Shown here: positions 41,255-51,440 of the stretch, one piece after another
Numbering within the stretch: position 1 is the stretch's first letter
Layout of the letters: every line of letters starts with the position of its first letter
Source: an uncultured candidate division Zixibacteria bacterium
Lineage (GTDB): Bacteria; Zixibacteria; MSB-5A5; GN15; PGXB01
Length of the DNA: 64,000 nucleotides
Assembly: GCA_963702205.1 (NCBI GenBank)
Contig: OY969724.1
Location: 2,464,001-2,528,000, forward strand
Reading direction: 5' to 3'
Position numbers and translations under genes: made by a program
The notes under the pieces: generated by a model
Seen by the model: the letters and a program-made list of their open reading frames with translations, nothing else
What the model was told of the DNA's origin: nothing
The model's database searches: none

Positions 41255-41970
41255 TGGCCCTTATAGACACCAATGACCTTTGGAAAACATTCGAAATGGG
41301 GTCGATCAAGGTCCATGCCTTGCGCGGAGTCAGCATAACCATTGCGAAAGGCGACTATGTGGCGATTATGGGGCCATCCGGTTCAGGGAAGTCGACCCTT
41401 ATGAATCTGATCGGGTGCCTGGACACACCCAGCCAGGGGACTTATCATCTGAACGGGAGACTGGTCAGCGACATGACCGACGATGAACTGGCGCATATTC
41501 GGAATAAAGAAATCGGTTTTGTATTTCAAACTTTCAATTTATTGCCGAGAGCAACGGCGCTGCATAATGTCGAGCTACCGTTGATTTACAGCGGGCGGCC
41601 ACGAGAAACCCGTGAAATTATGGCCAAAAAGGCCCTGGGGCAGGTTGACTTATCCGACCGGATGCTGCACAGGCCCAACGAACTTTCCGGAGGGCAAAGG
41701 CAGCGGGTGGCGATTGCCCGGGCGCTGGTCAATGAACCCTCGCTGATACTGGCCGATGAACCGACGGGTAACCTCGACAGTAAGACCAGTACGGAAATTA
41801 TGGACCTGTTGTCGCACCTGCATCAGGAAGGAAATACTATCATTGTGGTAACGCACGATCATGAGGTCGCCTCGTTTTCGCAAAGGGTACTGCATATCCG
41901 TGACGGTGTAATCGAAAAAGAAGAAATTACCGGCAATGGATTCAAAACCGCCAGCAGGGTGCCGTCATGA
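41254..41970 (+). CDS. ABC transporter ATP-binding protein (MacB/LolD type)
   Basis: [41 protein letters not shown]. Confidence 0.95.
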   Translation: MALIDTNDLWKTFEMGSIKVHALRGVSITIAKGDYVAIMGPSGSGKSTLMNLIGCLDTPSQGTYHLNGRLVSDMTDDELAHIRNKEIGFVFQTFNLLPRATALHNVELPLIYSGRPRETREIMAKKALGQVDLSDRMLHRPNELSGGQRQRVAIARALVNEPSLILADEPTGNLDSKTSTEIMDLLSHLHQEGNTIIVVTHDHEVASFSQRVLHIRDGVIEKEEITGNGFKTASRVPS

Positions 41971-43187
41971 TCTTTTGGGATATTTTTAAGATGTCTGCCG
42001 GCGCCTTGCGCGCCAATAAGATGAGGTCGTTTTTGACTTTGCTTGGGGTGATTATCGGGGTTACTTCGGTGATCACGATCATTTCGGCTCTGGAAGGGCT
42101 GTCCCAGTCGATCCAGGAAGAACTGGCGACCCTCGGCCCGACGACGTTCATTGTCAATCGGTTCGGTATTATAATGAGCCACGAGGCATTCATGGACGCT
42201 CTTAAAAGAAAACCGATGAAGTCGGAATATGCCGACATGATCCTCGAAGGGTGTGATGAATGTGAAAGGGTGGGCTTGCAGGACGGCACGCGCGGCGAGG
42301 CTAAATATCGCAACAACAGAGTCAGGAGATCGCAGATAATCGGGGCGTCGGCCAGCATGATCGATATTATAGATACGGAAATCGGCCAGGGGCAATTCTT
42401 TATGCCCGAGGAAGAAAAAACAAGAACGCGGGTGGCATTCATAGGAGACGGAATCGCGGAGGAACTGTACCCGGGTCTGGACCCGATCGGTCGGGAAATT
42501 AAGCTTGAAGGGATCAAATATAAAATAGTCGGTATCGCCAGGAAAAAGGGTGCGTCTCTCGATGAAGACTCGGACAAGAATATTTTTATACCGTACTCGA
42601 CTTACCTTAAAGATTTTGCAGGGCGCTACCTGGACCCGGCCATTTTCGTCAAAGCCAAGTCGATGGACAATCTGCAGGTTGCCATGGATCAGGCGCGGGT
42701 GGTCTTAAGATCAGCCCGGCACGTCCCGTACGACAAGCCCGATGACTTCGGCATTACGACGGCCGATGCCGTTATGCAGGCTATAAATAATACCACGAAA
42801 TTTATTCGTTTTGGCCTGATTGGAATATCTTCGATCGCTTTGGTCGTGGGCGGAATAATTATCATGAACATCATGATGGTTTCGGTGACCGAGCGGACGC
42901 GCGAAATCGGTATTCGTAAGTCAATCGGCGCCCGTCAAAAGGATATTCTCCTGCAGTTCCTGTATGAGGCCCTTATTTTGTCTCTGGGGGGTGGCATTAT
43001 CGGAATCTGTATCGGCATGTTCCTCGGGAACATGCTAATAAATTTGATACACATGAATATGACGCCGACCTTGTTCGCCATTATGCTCGGGCTCGGCATA
43101 TCGAGCGGAACGGGCCTGTTTTTCGGCATATATCCGGCCATGAAAGCGGCCCGTCTGCAGCCGGTTAAAGCTCTGGGGTTCGAATAA
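41967..43187 (+). CDS. ABC permease, MacB/FtsX family
   Basis: [46 protein letters not shown]. Confidence 0.92.
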   Translation: MIFWDIFKMSAGALRANKMRSFLTLLGVIIGVTSVITIISALEGLSQSIQEELATLGPTTFIVNRFGIIMSHEAFMDALKRKPMKSEYADMILEGCDECERVGLQDGTRGEAKYRNNRVRRSQIIGASASMIDIIDTEIGQGQFFMPEEEKTRTRVAFIGDGIAEELYPGLDPIGREIKLEGIKYKIVGIARKKGASLDEDSDKNIFIPYSTYLKDFAGRYLDPAIFVKAKSMDNLQVAMDQARVVLRSARHVPYDKPDDFGITTADAVMQAINNTTKFIRFGLIGISSIALVVGGIIIMNIMMVSVTERTREIGIRKSIGARQKDILLQFLYEALILSLGGGIIGICIGMFLGNMLINLIHMNMTPTLFAIMLGLGISSGTGLFFGIYPAMKAARLQPVKALGFE

Positions 43188-43190
43188 AGT

Positions 43191-44435
43191 ATGACAATCA
43201 GTGAAGTTTCAGAAGGAGTGAAACTGGCGTTTGACTCCCTGATGGGCAACAAATTCAGGTCCGGGATGACCATCCTTGGCGTCCTCATCGGGGTCTGGTC
43301 GGTGATTGCCATGTCCTCGCTGGTCAAGGGCCTCGATGATGCCGTGCAAAGCTCGATCAATACGCTCGGGTCGAACATCCTGTTCGTGGATCGTTTCGCT
43401 CCCAATGTTGACTGGGACGATCTGACCGATGAACAGCGCAACCGCAAATACATGACGCGTATGGAGGCCGACGCCATCTCCGCCAACTGCCCGGCGGTGC
43501 TGGCGGTTTCGCCGGAAAACCATTACTGGGAGCCGGGCGGTAATATAATTAAATACAAAAGAAACAAAGCCAATCGGCCCGCCGTGGTCGGGGTCCTGCC
43601 GGAATATCAGAAGGTTCGCAATGTTACCGTCACGTCGGGCAGGTTTATCAGTTACATAGATAATGAATTCAGGGCCCAGGTATGTGTCATTGGCACCGAC
43701 ATCAAAGAGGCACTGTTCCCGAATGAAGACCCTATCAGTAAAGAAATCAGGGTTAATAACGTTCGCTTTACGGTAATAGGAGTGCGGGAAAAGAGCGAAT
43801 CCATGTTCGGCGGCAACGACGAAAACAATAAGGTCGCCATACCGTTAAATACATTTGAAAAACTGTATCCTGAGGACAAAGCCCTCACGCTTACGGTCGG
43901 CGCGACGTCGGTCGCCGAGATTCCCGACGCTATCGAGCAAATGACCTCGATCTTGCGAATTGTTCGAAAAGTACCGTACGACAAGGAAAATGACTTCGCC
44001 ATTTTCGGGCAGGAATACATTCGAGAAATGGTCGGGAACATAACCAGATATATATATCTGGCCATGATTGTCATCTCATCAGTCGGTCTCATGGTCGGCG
44101 GGGTGGGAGTGATGAATATCATGCTCGTTTCGGTGACGGAACGAACCAGAGAGATAGGCGTCCGCAAAGCGATCGGAGCGCGAAAGAACAACATATTGTG
44201 GCAGTTTCTTGTCGAAGCGATGACGCTGTCCGGGACGGGGGGTTGCCTCGGGATTGTAGTCGGCATTCTTACGGCTTTACTGATCGGTATGGTTTCGCCG
44301 CTTCCGTTCGGCGTCTCACCGTTGTTTTTATCCCTGGGATTTATCGTTGCGATAACGGTGGGACTGATTGCGGGGATGTATCCGGCGTATAAGGCCGCCA
44401 TAGTCGATCCCATAGAATCGCTCCGCTACGAATAA
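43191..44435 (+). CDS. ABC permease, MacB/FtsX family
   Basis: Same motifs: [32 protein letters not shown]. Confidence 0.92.
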   Translation: MTISEVSEGVKLAFDSLMGNKFRSGMTILGVLIGVWSVIAMSSLVKGLDDAVQSSINTLGSNILFVDRFAPNVDWDDLTDEQRNRKYMTRMEADAISANCPAVLAVSPENHYWEPGGNIIKYKRNKANRPAVVGVLPEYQKVRNVTVTSGRFISYIDNEFRAQVCVIGTDIKEALFPNEDPISKEIRVNNVRFTVIGVREKSESMFGGNDENNKVAIPLNTFEKLYPEDKALTLTVGATSVAEIPDAIEQMTSILRIVRKVPYDKENDFAIFGQEYIREMVGNITRYIYLAMIVISSVGLMVGGVGVMNIMLVSVTERTREIGVRKAIGARKNNILWQFLVEAMTLSGTGGCLGIVVGILTALLIGMVSPLPFGVSPLFLSLGFIVAITVGLIAGMYPAYKAAIVDPIESLRYE

Positions 44436-44487
44436 ACCGGGGCGAGAGTTTGATAACCATCCCAATGTTTAATTATTCTTTCATGTC

Positions 44488-45729
44488 ATGACAACCGCAG
44501 AATTGAAAGACGGCCTTTTATTGGCGTTCGATTCGCTTAGGGGCAATAAGTTCCGAACTCTCCTGACGATACTGGGCGTGCTTATCGGGGTGTGGTCGGT
44601 CATTGCGATGTCGTCTTTGATTAAGGGTCTCGACGACGCGGTCCAGAATTCCATTTCGGACCTGGGCAGCAATGTGCTTTTCATAACGAGATATTCCCCT
44701 AACACCGATTACAATGACCTTACGGATGAACAGCGCAACCGTAAAGAGATAACCATAAACGAAGCTTATGCGATAATGGCCAATTGCCCGTCGGTGACGG
44801 GGGTCTCGCCGGAGGATTACTATTTCGCGCCGGGCGGGAATTCTGTGAAGTACAAGAACCACAAAGCCAATCAACCGTTTTTAATAGGCGGCTGGCCGGA
44901 ATATCAGCAGGTTCGCAACGAGAACCTTGAAAGCGGGCGTTTTTTCAACCAGCTGGAAGATCAAATGAAGGCGACGGTTTGCGTCATAGGCAGTGACATT
45001 AAGGATGCATTATTCAAGGATGAAACGGCGGTCGGCAGGTCTATCCGAATTAATAATCATAAATTCACGGTATTGGGAGTTACCAAAGAGAAGAAAGGTA
45101 TGTTTGATAACCGCGGCAATAATCTTGTCATAATACCGTTTGAGACTTTCATGAAGCTCTATCCGTGGGAAAAAGAGTTGTTCCTGGCTGTCAGCGCGGC
45201 CAGCCCGGAACTGATAAATCAGGCTAAGGAAGAAATCACAGCCACATTACGAAGAGAGCGAAAGGTTCCTTACAGCGCCGACAACGATTTCGTGATTTTC
45301 GGACAGGAGAACATTCGCGAGGTGGTCGGTAATATTACCAAGTATATCTATATCGCGATGATAGTGATCTCCTCGGTCGGCCTTATGGTCGGCGGAGTTG
45401 GCGTGATGAATATAATGCTGGTCTCCGTGACCGAACGCACTCGCGAAATTGGCGTGAGAAAAGCGATCGGGGCGCGACGGATCAATATCATCTGGCAGTT
45501 TTTGATTGAGGCCATGACGCTGTCCGGCCTGGGAGGCATGGCGGGAGTGATTACCGGACTGGGGACCGCCCTGTTAATCGGTGCTTTGACGCCGCTGCCG
45601 TTTGGGGTCTCACCGATGTTCCTTATGCTGGGTATCGCGGTGGCCATATCGGTCGGTCTGTTCGCCGGGCTTTATCCGGCTTATCGGGCGGCGCGTGTCG
45701 ATCCGATTGAATCGCTTCGTTATGAGTGA
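44488..45729 (+). CDS. ABC permease, MacB/FtsX family (close paralogue of the preceding gene)
   Basis: Same motifs, with long identical blocks shared with 43191-44435. Confidence 0.92.
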   Translation: MTTAELKDGLLLAFDSLRGNKFRTLLTILGVLIGVWSVIAMSSLIKGLDDAVQNSISDLGSNVLFITRYSPNTDYNDLTDEQRNRKEITINEAYAIMANCPSVTGVSPEDYYFAPGGNSVKYKNHKANQPFLIGGWPEYQQVRNENLESGRFFNQLEDQMKATVCVIGSDIKDALFKDETAVGRSIRINNHKFTVLGVTKEKKGMFDNRGNNLVIIPFETFMKLYPWEKELFLAVSAASPELINQAKEEITATLRRERKVPYSADNDFVIFGQENIREVVGNITKYIYIAMIVISSVGLMVGGVGVMNIMLVSVTERTREIGVRKAIGARRINIIWQFLIEAMTLSGLGGMAGVITGLGTALLIGALTPLPFGVSPMFLMLGIAVAISVGLFAGLYPAYRAARVDPIESLRYE

Positions 45730-45827
45730 TTTCAAAATCCCCGAGAATATTCGCGTTCTATTAGATATTGCCAAAATCAAAACGTCTTAATACATTAGAG
45801 AGCGTATAATTTAAGGAGCCCTGTATT

Positions 45828-47153
45828 GTGAGAAAAGAAGCTGGATTTAAAAGGATTTTGCTGTTGTTGGTACTTGGTGGAATATTCCTGACAGCGCCGG
45901 CCAAGGCACAGGAATTGTATAATATCCAGAATCAGGGACAGAGACTGGATTTGCACGCCGACTGCGCCTATTTTCGGTCGGACGATTCAGGTTTGGTCAG
46001 GCTTGAGGTGTATTATAAGATTTTCAACGACTATCTTACGTTTATCCGGGACAGCAGCCAGTTTAAAGCCGTTTACGACATTACGATTATCGTGTATGAT
46101 AAAGATAATTATCAGGTCGACGCCTATAACAAGACAAAAGATATAACCGTCGCGACCTATGATGAAACCCGCAAAGGCTCCGATTTCAGGACCAGCCAGG
46201 TCGATTTCAAGCTTAAACCGGGGAAATATAAAATCTATTGCCGGATCGAGGACAAAAATTCGGATAAATTCGCGGAGAGGACTCTTAAGACCGAACTTCC
46301 CGAATACAATTTTCGGCACGCCCGATTGTCCGACGTAGAATTCGTCCAGCGCGTCGATTCGGCGCGCGCCGGCTCGCCGTTTAACAAAGGTAAATGGTCG
46401 ATAATACCGGCCGTCGTGAGACTGTATCAGGGGACCGATTTCGCACCGCTCTTGTACTACCAAGAGGTTTATCAGGGTCGAGACGAGCGCGAAGACGTTA
46501 TGATCGAAACGCGCATTTTAGACGGCAAACTCAATTTAGTGTACTGGGACACTCTTACGGCGACCTTCGACAATGGAATCATACGGCAACTCAGGTACAT
46601 CAATTTAACCGATATTCCGTCCGGGGAATATTTCCTCGAAGTCGTACTGCATGGACGCAGAAATACCGAAGTATCCTCGAGCCGCCATCCGTTTTTGGTC
46701 GACTGGTCACCCGAAGCGATGATTCTGCATGATTTTCACAAGGCCATCAAGCAGCTGGAACTCGTCGCCGACGACTCCGGGATCGATAAAATCAAAAATG
46801 CGAAAACGAATGAGGAACGGGTTAGTGCCTGGCAGGCTTTCTGGAAAGAACGCGACCCGACTCCCAACACGGAGTTTAATGAAGCCCGGGCAGCCTTTTA
46901 TAAAAGAATAGACTACTCAAACAAGTATTTCAGCATTATGGACAAAGAGGGGTGGCGAACCGACCGGGGGCGGATATTTATTCAATTCGGGGAACCGGAT
47001 CAAACCGAAGACAGGCCGTTCGAACTCGACAGCTATGCTTATCAGGTTTGGTATTATTATCATTTGCCCATACAGCGGCAATTTACGTTCGTCGATCAAT
47101 GGGGAGACGGCGATTATCGTCTGGTCTTTCCCTACGACGGTATCGTAAGATAA
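45828..47153 (+). CDS. GWxTD domain-containing protein
   Basis: Signal peptide; FWKERDPTPNT..NE....F..R..Y.N..F....GWRTDRGRIFI.FGEPD. Confidence 0.9.
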   Translation: MRKEAGFKRILLLLVLGGIFLTAPAKAQELYNIQNQGQRLDLHADCAYFRSDDSGLVRLEVYYKIFNDYLTFIRDSSQFKAVYDITIIVYDKDNYQVDAYNKTKDITVATYDETRKGSDFRTSQVDFKLKPGKYKIYCRIEDKNSDKFAERTLKTELPEYNFRHARLSDVEFVQRVDSARAGSPFNKGKWSIIPAVVRLYQGTDFAPLLYYQEVYQGRDEREDVMIETRILDGKLNLVYWDTLTATFDNGIIRQLRYINLTDIPSGEYFLEVVLHGRRNTEVSSSRHPFLVDWSPEAMILHDFHKAIKQLELVADDSGIDKIKNAKTNEERVSAWQAFWKERDPTPNTEFNEARAAFYKRIDYSNKYFSIMDKEGWRTDRGRIFIQFGEPDQTEDRPFELDSYAYQVWYYYHLPIQRQFTFVDQWGDGDYRLVFPYDGIVR

Positions 47154-47171
47154 CGAAGGGGAGTCAGTAAA

Positions 47172-48609
47172 ATGCTCAGGAAAGGGACATTGATCATAAT
47201 AGTCATCCTGGCGGCGTCGGCAGCGGCGCTCGCTCAGGAATCGCATTTGATGGTGCAGGCAGGCATCAATATTTTCAACGATCCGGAAGCAGGTCCCAAA
47301 TCGTTCGTGGAATTTCCGTTCTCGATCAACCGGTCTCAGTTTACGTTTATCCCGTTCGACAGTACCAGACCCGAAGTCCGGGCGTCAATTTACGCCGATA
47401 TCGTAATCGAAGATACTTTAGGCAATCATCTCGATTCCACCAGCACGTATTTTTACACCCTGGCTCCGTCACCGACGGCGACCATGATCGGCAATATTAA
47501 GGTTTTCAACAAGCTGAAAATGAAGCTCGACCCGGGTAAGTATTCGGCTGTACTTACGGTGATGGACGTGGTCAACAAGAAAGAAGGCGTCTTTACGTAC
47601 GATCGACTCGAAATTCCGCCGGTCGTCAATGACAGGCTGGCCCTGAGCATGATTGAACTGGCTTATAATATCGTAAGTGTCGATGATATGGCGTCACACA
47701 ACGAGCGTCTGGTGAAGAGCGGCCGGGAGGTCGTGCCTAATCCGATGGGCATATATTCGGCCGATGATTCGGCGCTTTTCGTGTACGCCGAAGTGTATAA
47801 CCTCAATTATGATCCTTCGGCTCCGGGGCAGTATTCGGTCAGCTACAAGGCATACGATCCGTACGGTTTCCTCAAATTCGACTTCGGCAGCTATAATCGA
47901 GACATGCGAGCCGATAACGACGTGATTAGCGCCCGTCTCGATATAAAGGACTGGAATCCCGGGAAGTATGATCTGGCGTTAATAGTACAGGATATTACGA
48001 ATGGTATGGTCGATACGACCATGAGGCGGTTTATCGTATTCCCGAAGCATGAATTACCGACGGAATTCGTGCAGTACAAAATGCGCAATCCGTTGGACAG
48101 CGCGTCGATAAAAACCAAGACGCAGTTGATCAAATACCTCGTGACGCCCGAACAGATGACTTTGTACTCGTCACTGAACGATACCGGGAAAACGCGGTTT
48201 GTCGATGAATTTTTCAGGGACCATGATCCCACGCCGGGAACCAAGGCCAATGAATATCTGAACGACGCTCTGGCCCGGTACGCCTACGCGATGCAGAATT
48301 TCGGATCCCTGCCCGAAGCCCATGACGGGTGGAGGACCGATCGCGGGCGCGTTCTGATGCAATATGGTCAATGGGACAAGAGAGATGAGGTCCCGACCCC
48401 GGTTTACGGACAGAGATACGAAGTATGGTATTACTATTCGCTGCAAGGCGGCATTTATTTTGTATTCTCGGACGTTAAGGGGTACGGTGAGTATCAACTG
48501 GTTCATTCCAACGCGACCGGAGAAGTTTATGACGCAGAATGGGATGTACCGTCTTAAGGAGCAGCAGGGCCAGCAAATTCTCCAGGGCGGCACGCAGTTC
48601 ATAGATTAA
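47172..48609 (+). CDS. GWxTD domain-containing protein (probable extra G near 48541 alters the C-terminus; annotated ORF stops at 48557)
   Basis: FFRDHDPTPGT..NE, GWRTDRGRV..QYG, YQLVHS...GE. Removing one G gives ..DAEWMYRLKEQ..FID*, ending just before the terminator. Confidence 0.82.
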
Positions 48610-48627
48610 TAAATATATCGGAGTTTT

Positions 48628-48661
48628 CGCCCGGACCGAAATCTGGTCCGGGCTTTTTTTT
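48628..48661 (+). terminator. Intrinsic terminator
   Basis: GCCCGGACC-GAAATCT-GGTCCGGGC followed by a T-run. Confidence 0.8.
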
Positions 48662-48666
48662 GGGTA

Positions 48667-49425
48667 TTAGTGATTCGAGGTCATGGGTGTTTTTTCGGAC
48701 TGGCTCTTGTCGGACATCGCGCCGGGCGTGCGCAGGCTTCTCTTGACGGGGATTGTAAAGTGGGTGTTAGCGCCGTCGCTTAAGCCGATGGTTATGGATT
48801 TGTCGAACTCCTGGTCGAGACAATTGTCTTTCAATTTCAGAGAGCCTTTGACGGACTGACCGGCTTTGATGTGTTCCGGGAGTTTAAGATCAAACATATC
48901 TTCTGGCATATCGACGAGATTGATATCGTAATCTGAATCGGAGACGTTTTCGATGACGAAATCGCGTTTGTCCACTTTCGATTCGCCGAATTGGGACACA
49001 TCGAATTTATAAGGCTTGATTCGTATGGGGAAGGTCGAATCGGGAATCGCGACGACGTTGGCGGTGAATTGGACGCGCTTGGCCAGATCACCTTCGTTCG
49101 TCGTGATAGACGGCCTTTTCGACTGGCGGCCGTTGTATCTTCTGGTCGAAAATATAACTTCAAGTCGGGTACTATCGCCGACCGGCAGCAGGTCTTTTTC
49201 CAGCGGTGCTTTGGTGCAGCCGCAACCGGGTTTGACGCCGATAATTTTCAACGGCTCGGCGCCGGTCGAATGCAGCCAGAAAACATGGCTGATTTCCGAA
49301 TTCTGCGGCACATAGCCGAAGTCATAAATGGAATCGGGTATGGTCAATTTGGCCTGAGCCGACCCGATATCGGGCAAAATAGCCAGGACAAGGACGACCA
49401 AAAACAAAGTCAGAGCGGCTTTCAT
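48667..49425 (-). CDS. DUF1573 domain exported protein (Cys form, KPGCGCT)
   Basis: AAGGAGG RBS; MKAALTLFLVV signal peptide; YDFGYVPQ..HVFWLHSTG..L.I..VKPGCGCTKAPLEK. Confidence 0.88.
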   Translation of the reverse strand: MKAALTLFLVVLVLAILPDIGSAQAKLTIPDSIYDFGYVPQNSEISHVFWLHSTGAEPLKIIGVKPGCGCTKAPLEKDLLPVGDSTRLEVIFSTRRYNGRQSKRPSITTNEGDLAKRVQFTANVVAIPDSTFPIRIKPYKFDVSQFGESKVDKRDFVIENVSDSDYDINLVDMPEDMFDLKLPEHIKAGQSVKGSLKLKDNCLDQEFDKSITIGLSDGANTHFTIPVKRSLRTPGAMSDKSQSEKTPMTSNH

Positions 49426-49506
49426 GACGCCTCCTTTATAATATGATGGATCAATGTGGGTTATGCCTGGTGGAACGGGATGACCGGAGAATGGTCGAAA
49501 CCCAAA

Positions 49507-49542
49507 TAAAAAAAGCCCGGACCTGTACAGGCGCCGGGCTTT
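49507..49542 (-). terminator. Intrinsic terminator
   Basis: AAAGCCCGG...CCGGGCTTT with a T-run on the minus strand, after the Sec-candidate gene. Confidence 0.7.
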
Positions 49543-49558
49543 CAATTTATGGAAAGAG

Positions 49559-50332
49559 TTAGTGAGTTGACTTGGACGTGGTTTCAGCGGGAGCTTTGCT
49601 GGCCGTGGCGTCGCTCTCAGCGGCACCGCCGGGCACCCGCAAAGTCCTCTTGACAGGAACCGTAAAGTGTGTCTTGTTCGCGTCGTTGACCTCAATGGTG
49701 AGCGATTTATCGAATTCCTTGTCAAGGTAAGCATGGTCTAATTTAATTTCACCTTTTCCGGTCTGGCCGGCCTTGATCTGCTTCGGCAGCTTAACGGTAA
49801 ACATACCTTCCGGCATACTTACCAAGGTCAGGTCGAAGTCGGAATCGGATACGTTTTCAATTACGAAATCTCGTGAATCGACAGTTTTCTCACCAAACTG
49901 AGAAATGTCGAACTTATAAGGTTTAATCCTTATCGGGTAGGTGGAATCGGGCGTAGCTACGACGTTGGCCGTAATCTGCACACGCTTGGCGAGTTCACCT
50001 TCGTTGGTCGTGATCGACGGCCTCTTTGACTGCCGACCAGTATATCTTTTTGTCGAAAAGATAATTTCAAGCCTGGTACTGTCACCGACAGCAAGCTCCT
50101 GCTTTTCGAGCGGAGCCTTTGTGCATCCTCAGCCAGGTTTTACGCTGAGAATTCTCAGCGAATCCGACCCGGTCGAATGCAGCCAAAAAATATGGCTAAT
50201 CTCCGAATTCTGCGGCACATAGCCGAAATCGAAAATGGAATCCGGGATGGTCAATTTAGGCTGAGCAAGCACCATACCTGGCAGGAGAACGAGGCAAAAG
50301 GCAAACAAAGCCAGGAATTTAACTTTGGTCAT
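49559..50332 (-). CDS. DUF1573 domain exported protein, candidate selenoprotein (in-frame TGA at 50131-50129, KPG-U-GCT)
   Basis: ORFs 50129-50356 and 49559-49981 are in the same frame, separated only by TGA. Read-through gives 257 aa colinear with the adjacent Cys paralogue. GGAGG RBS before ATG 50332. Confidence 0.8.
50093..50119 (-). promoter_or_regulatory. Putative bacterial SECIS element
   Basis: AGGCUCC-GCU-CGAAA-AGC-A-GGAGCUU hairpin. The apical loop starts 20 nt after UGA and has G at loop position 2. Confidence 0.6.
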
Positions 50333-50549
50333 GTTTCCTCCAGAAGTGTCCATCATATTTCCAATTAATCGTCATATTATACGATGAATTGAGCAAGTAT
50401 CTTAATCTATAAACTCAAAAGATTCTGTCAAGCCTTAATTTCCGGCACTTTGTTGTCATATAAATGGTTAATTGAAATAACATCATAGTCGCCATTTTTC
50501 ATTTATACCTGAAAAATCCACATCGGTTCGATTTTTTCTTGAATATCGG

Positions 50550-51269
50550 CTATTGGCCGGTTTTGCGGAATATTTTCCGCCTGACCGGCACCGTATAATT
50601 TTTCGCTACTTCGTTATTGTCTATAAACTCAAAAGTAAAATCGGTTTCGAAGTCCCCTGCGTACCCGATATCGTTCAACCTGATATAACCGACCGCCGAG
50701 TCCAGCGGGGCGACGAACATCGGCATGTCGAGATGGTAATAAGTAGAATCGCCGTAAATAAGCCGCAGGGGTACGTAATCTTCGGATTTGTTATATATGG
50801 TAAAAGGGAATTCCACGGCACCGCTGTCGCCGTACTGCGAGGCTATGAGCCGGAAAGGCTTGACATAAATGGGCGAGAGTGCTTCGGGGTCCTTGATAAC
50901 GATCGGGACAACTGGCAGCCTCAGGGTGCGGCCGCCGAGATTCCGGGCATTGGTTTTGAAGCGGGGATATTGCGGGTTCAGGCCTTCGACTTTCTGGCTC
51001 TTGAAAAATACGGATATATCGGCGCTGTCACCGGGCGGCAGAATGTGTTTTTCAAGGTCGACCCGAATGCACTCGTTGAAAACCTCGATTGTGTCTATCC
51101 GAAGCGTATCGGTGCCGATGGAATAAGCCCTGGCCGTAAAATAAAATCGGGACATTTGCGGAATCAATCCGATTTTTATGGTATCCGGCTCCAGGCGGAT
51201 TTCCGGATCGGCGTGAGCGAATATTGAAAATATCAAGATTAAGCCCGCAGCTATTATGGCCGCTTTCAA
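50550..51269 (-). CDS. Divergent DUF1573-like exported protein
   Basis: Signal peptide; IG.IPQ..YSIGTDTLRI....FNECI...LEK..LPPGDS; PF...SQYG; FTFEF....YTVPVRR, colinear with neighbours. Confidence 0.7.
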   Translation of the reverse strand: MKAAIIAAGLILIFSIFAHADPEIRLEPDTIKIGLIPQMSRFYFTARAYSIGTDTLRIDTIEVFNECIRVDLEKHILPPGDSADISVFFKSQKVEGLNPQYPRFKTNARNLGGRTLRLPVVPIVIKDPEALSPIYVKPFRLIASQYGDSGAVEFPFTIYNKSEDYVPLRLIYGDSTYYHLDMPMFVAPLDSAVGYIRLNDIGYAGDFETDFTFEFIDNNEVAKNYTVPVRRKIFRKTGQ

Positions 51270-51440
51270 GTCGTTCTCTCCTGCTTTTCAGTTTATTTCG
51301 GCCGTATAATTATAACCGGTTTGCGTTTAAATTCAACGTTTTTTACAAAATAGACCGTGGGTTGGTTGATTTTTTTGCGCAATTCTGATATTTTCGATAG
51401 GCAATAGGGAATATTTATACTTTAAATACTCGGAGTAATT

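Noticed and set aside
49426..49734. Long N-terminal extension of the Cys-form DUF1573 ORF
   Set aside because: It overlaps the neighbouring gene and terminator. RBS and signal peptide point to ATG 49425.
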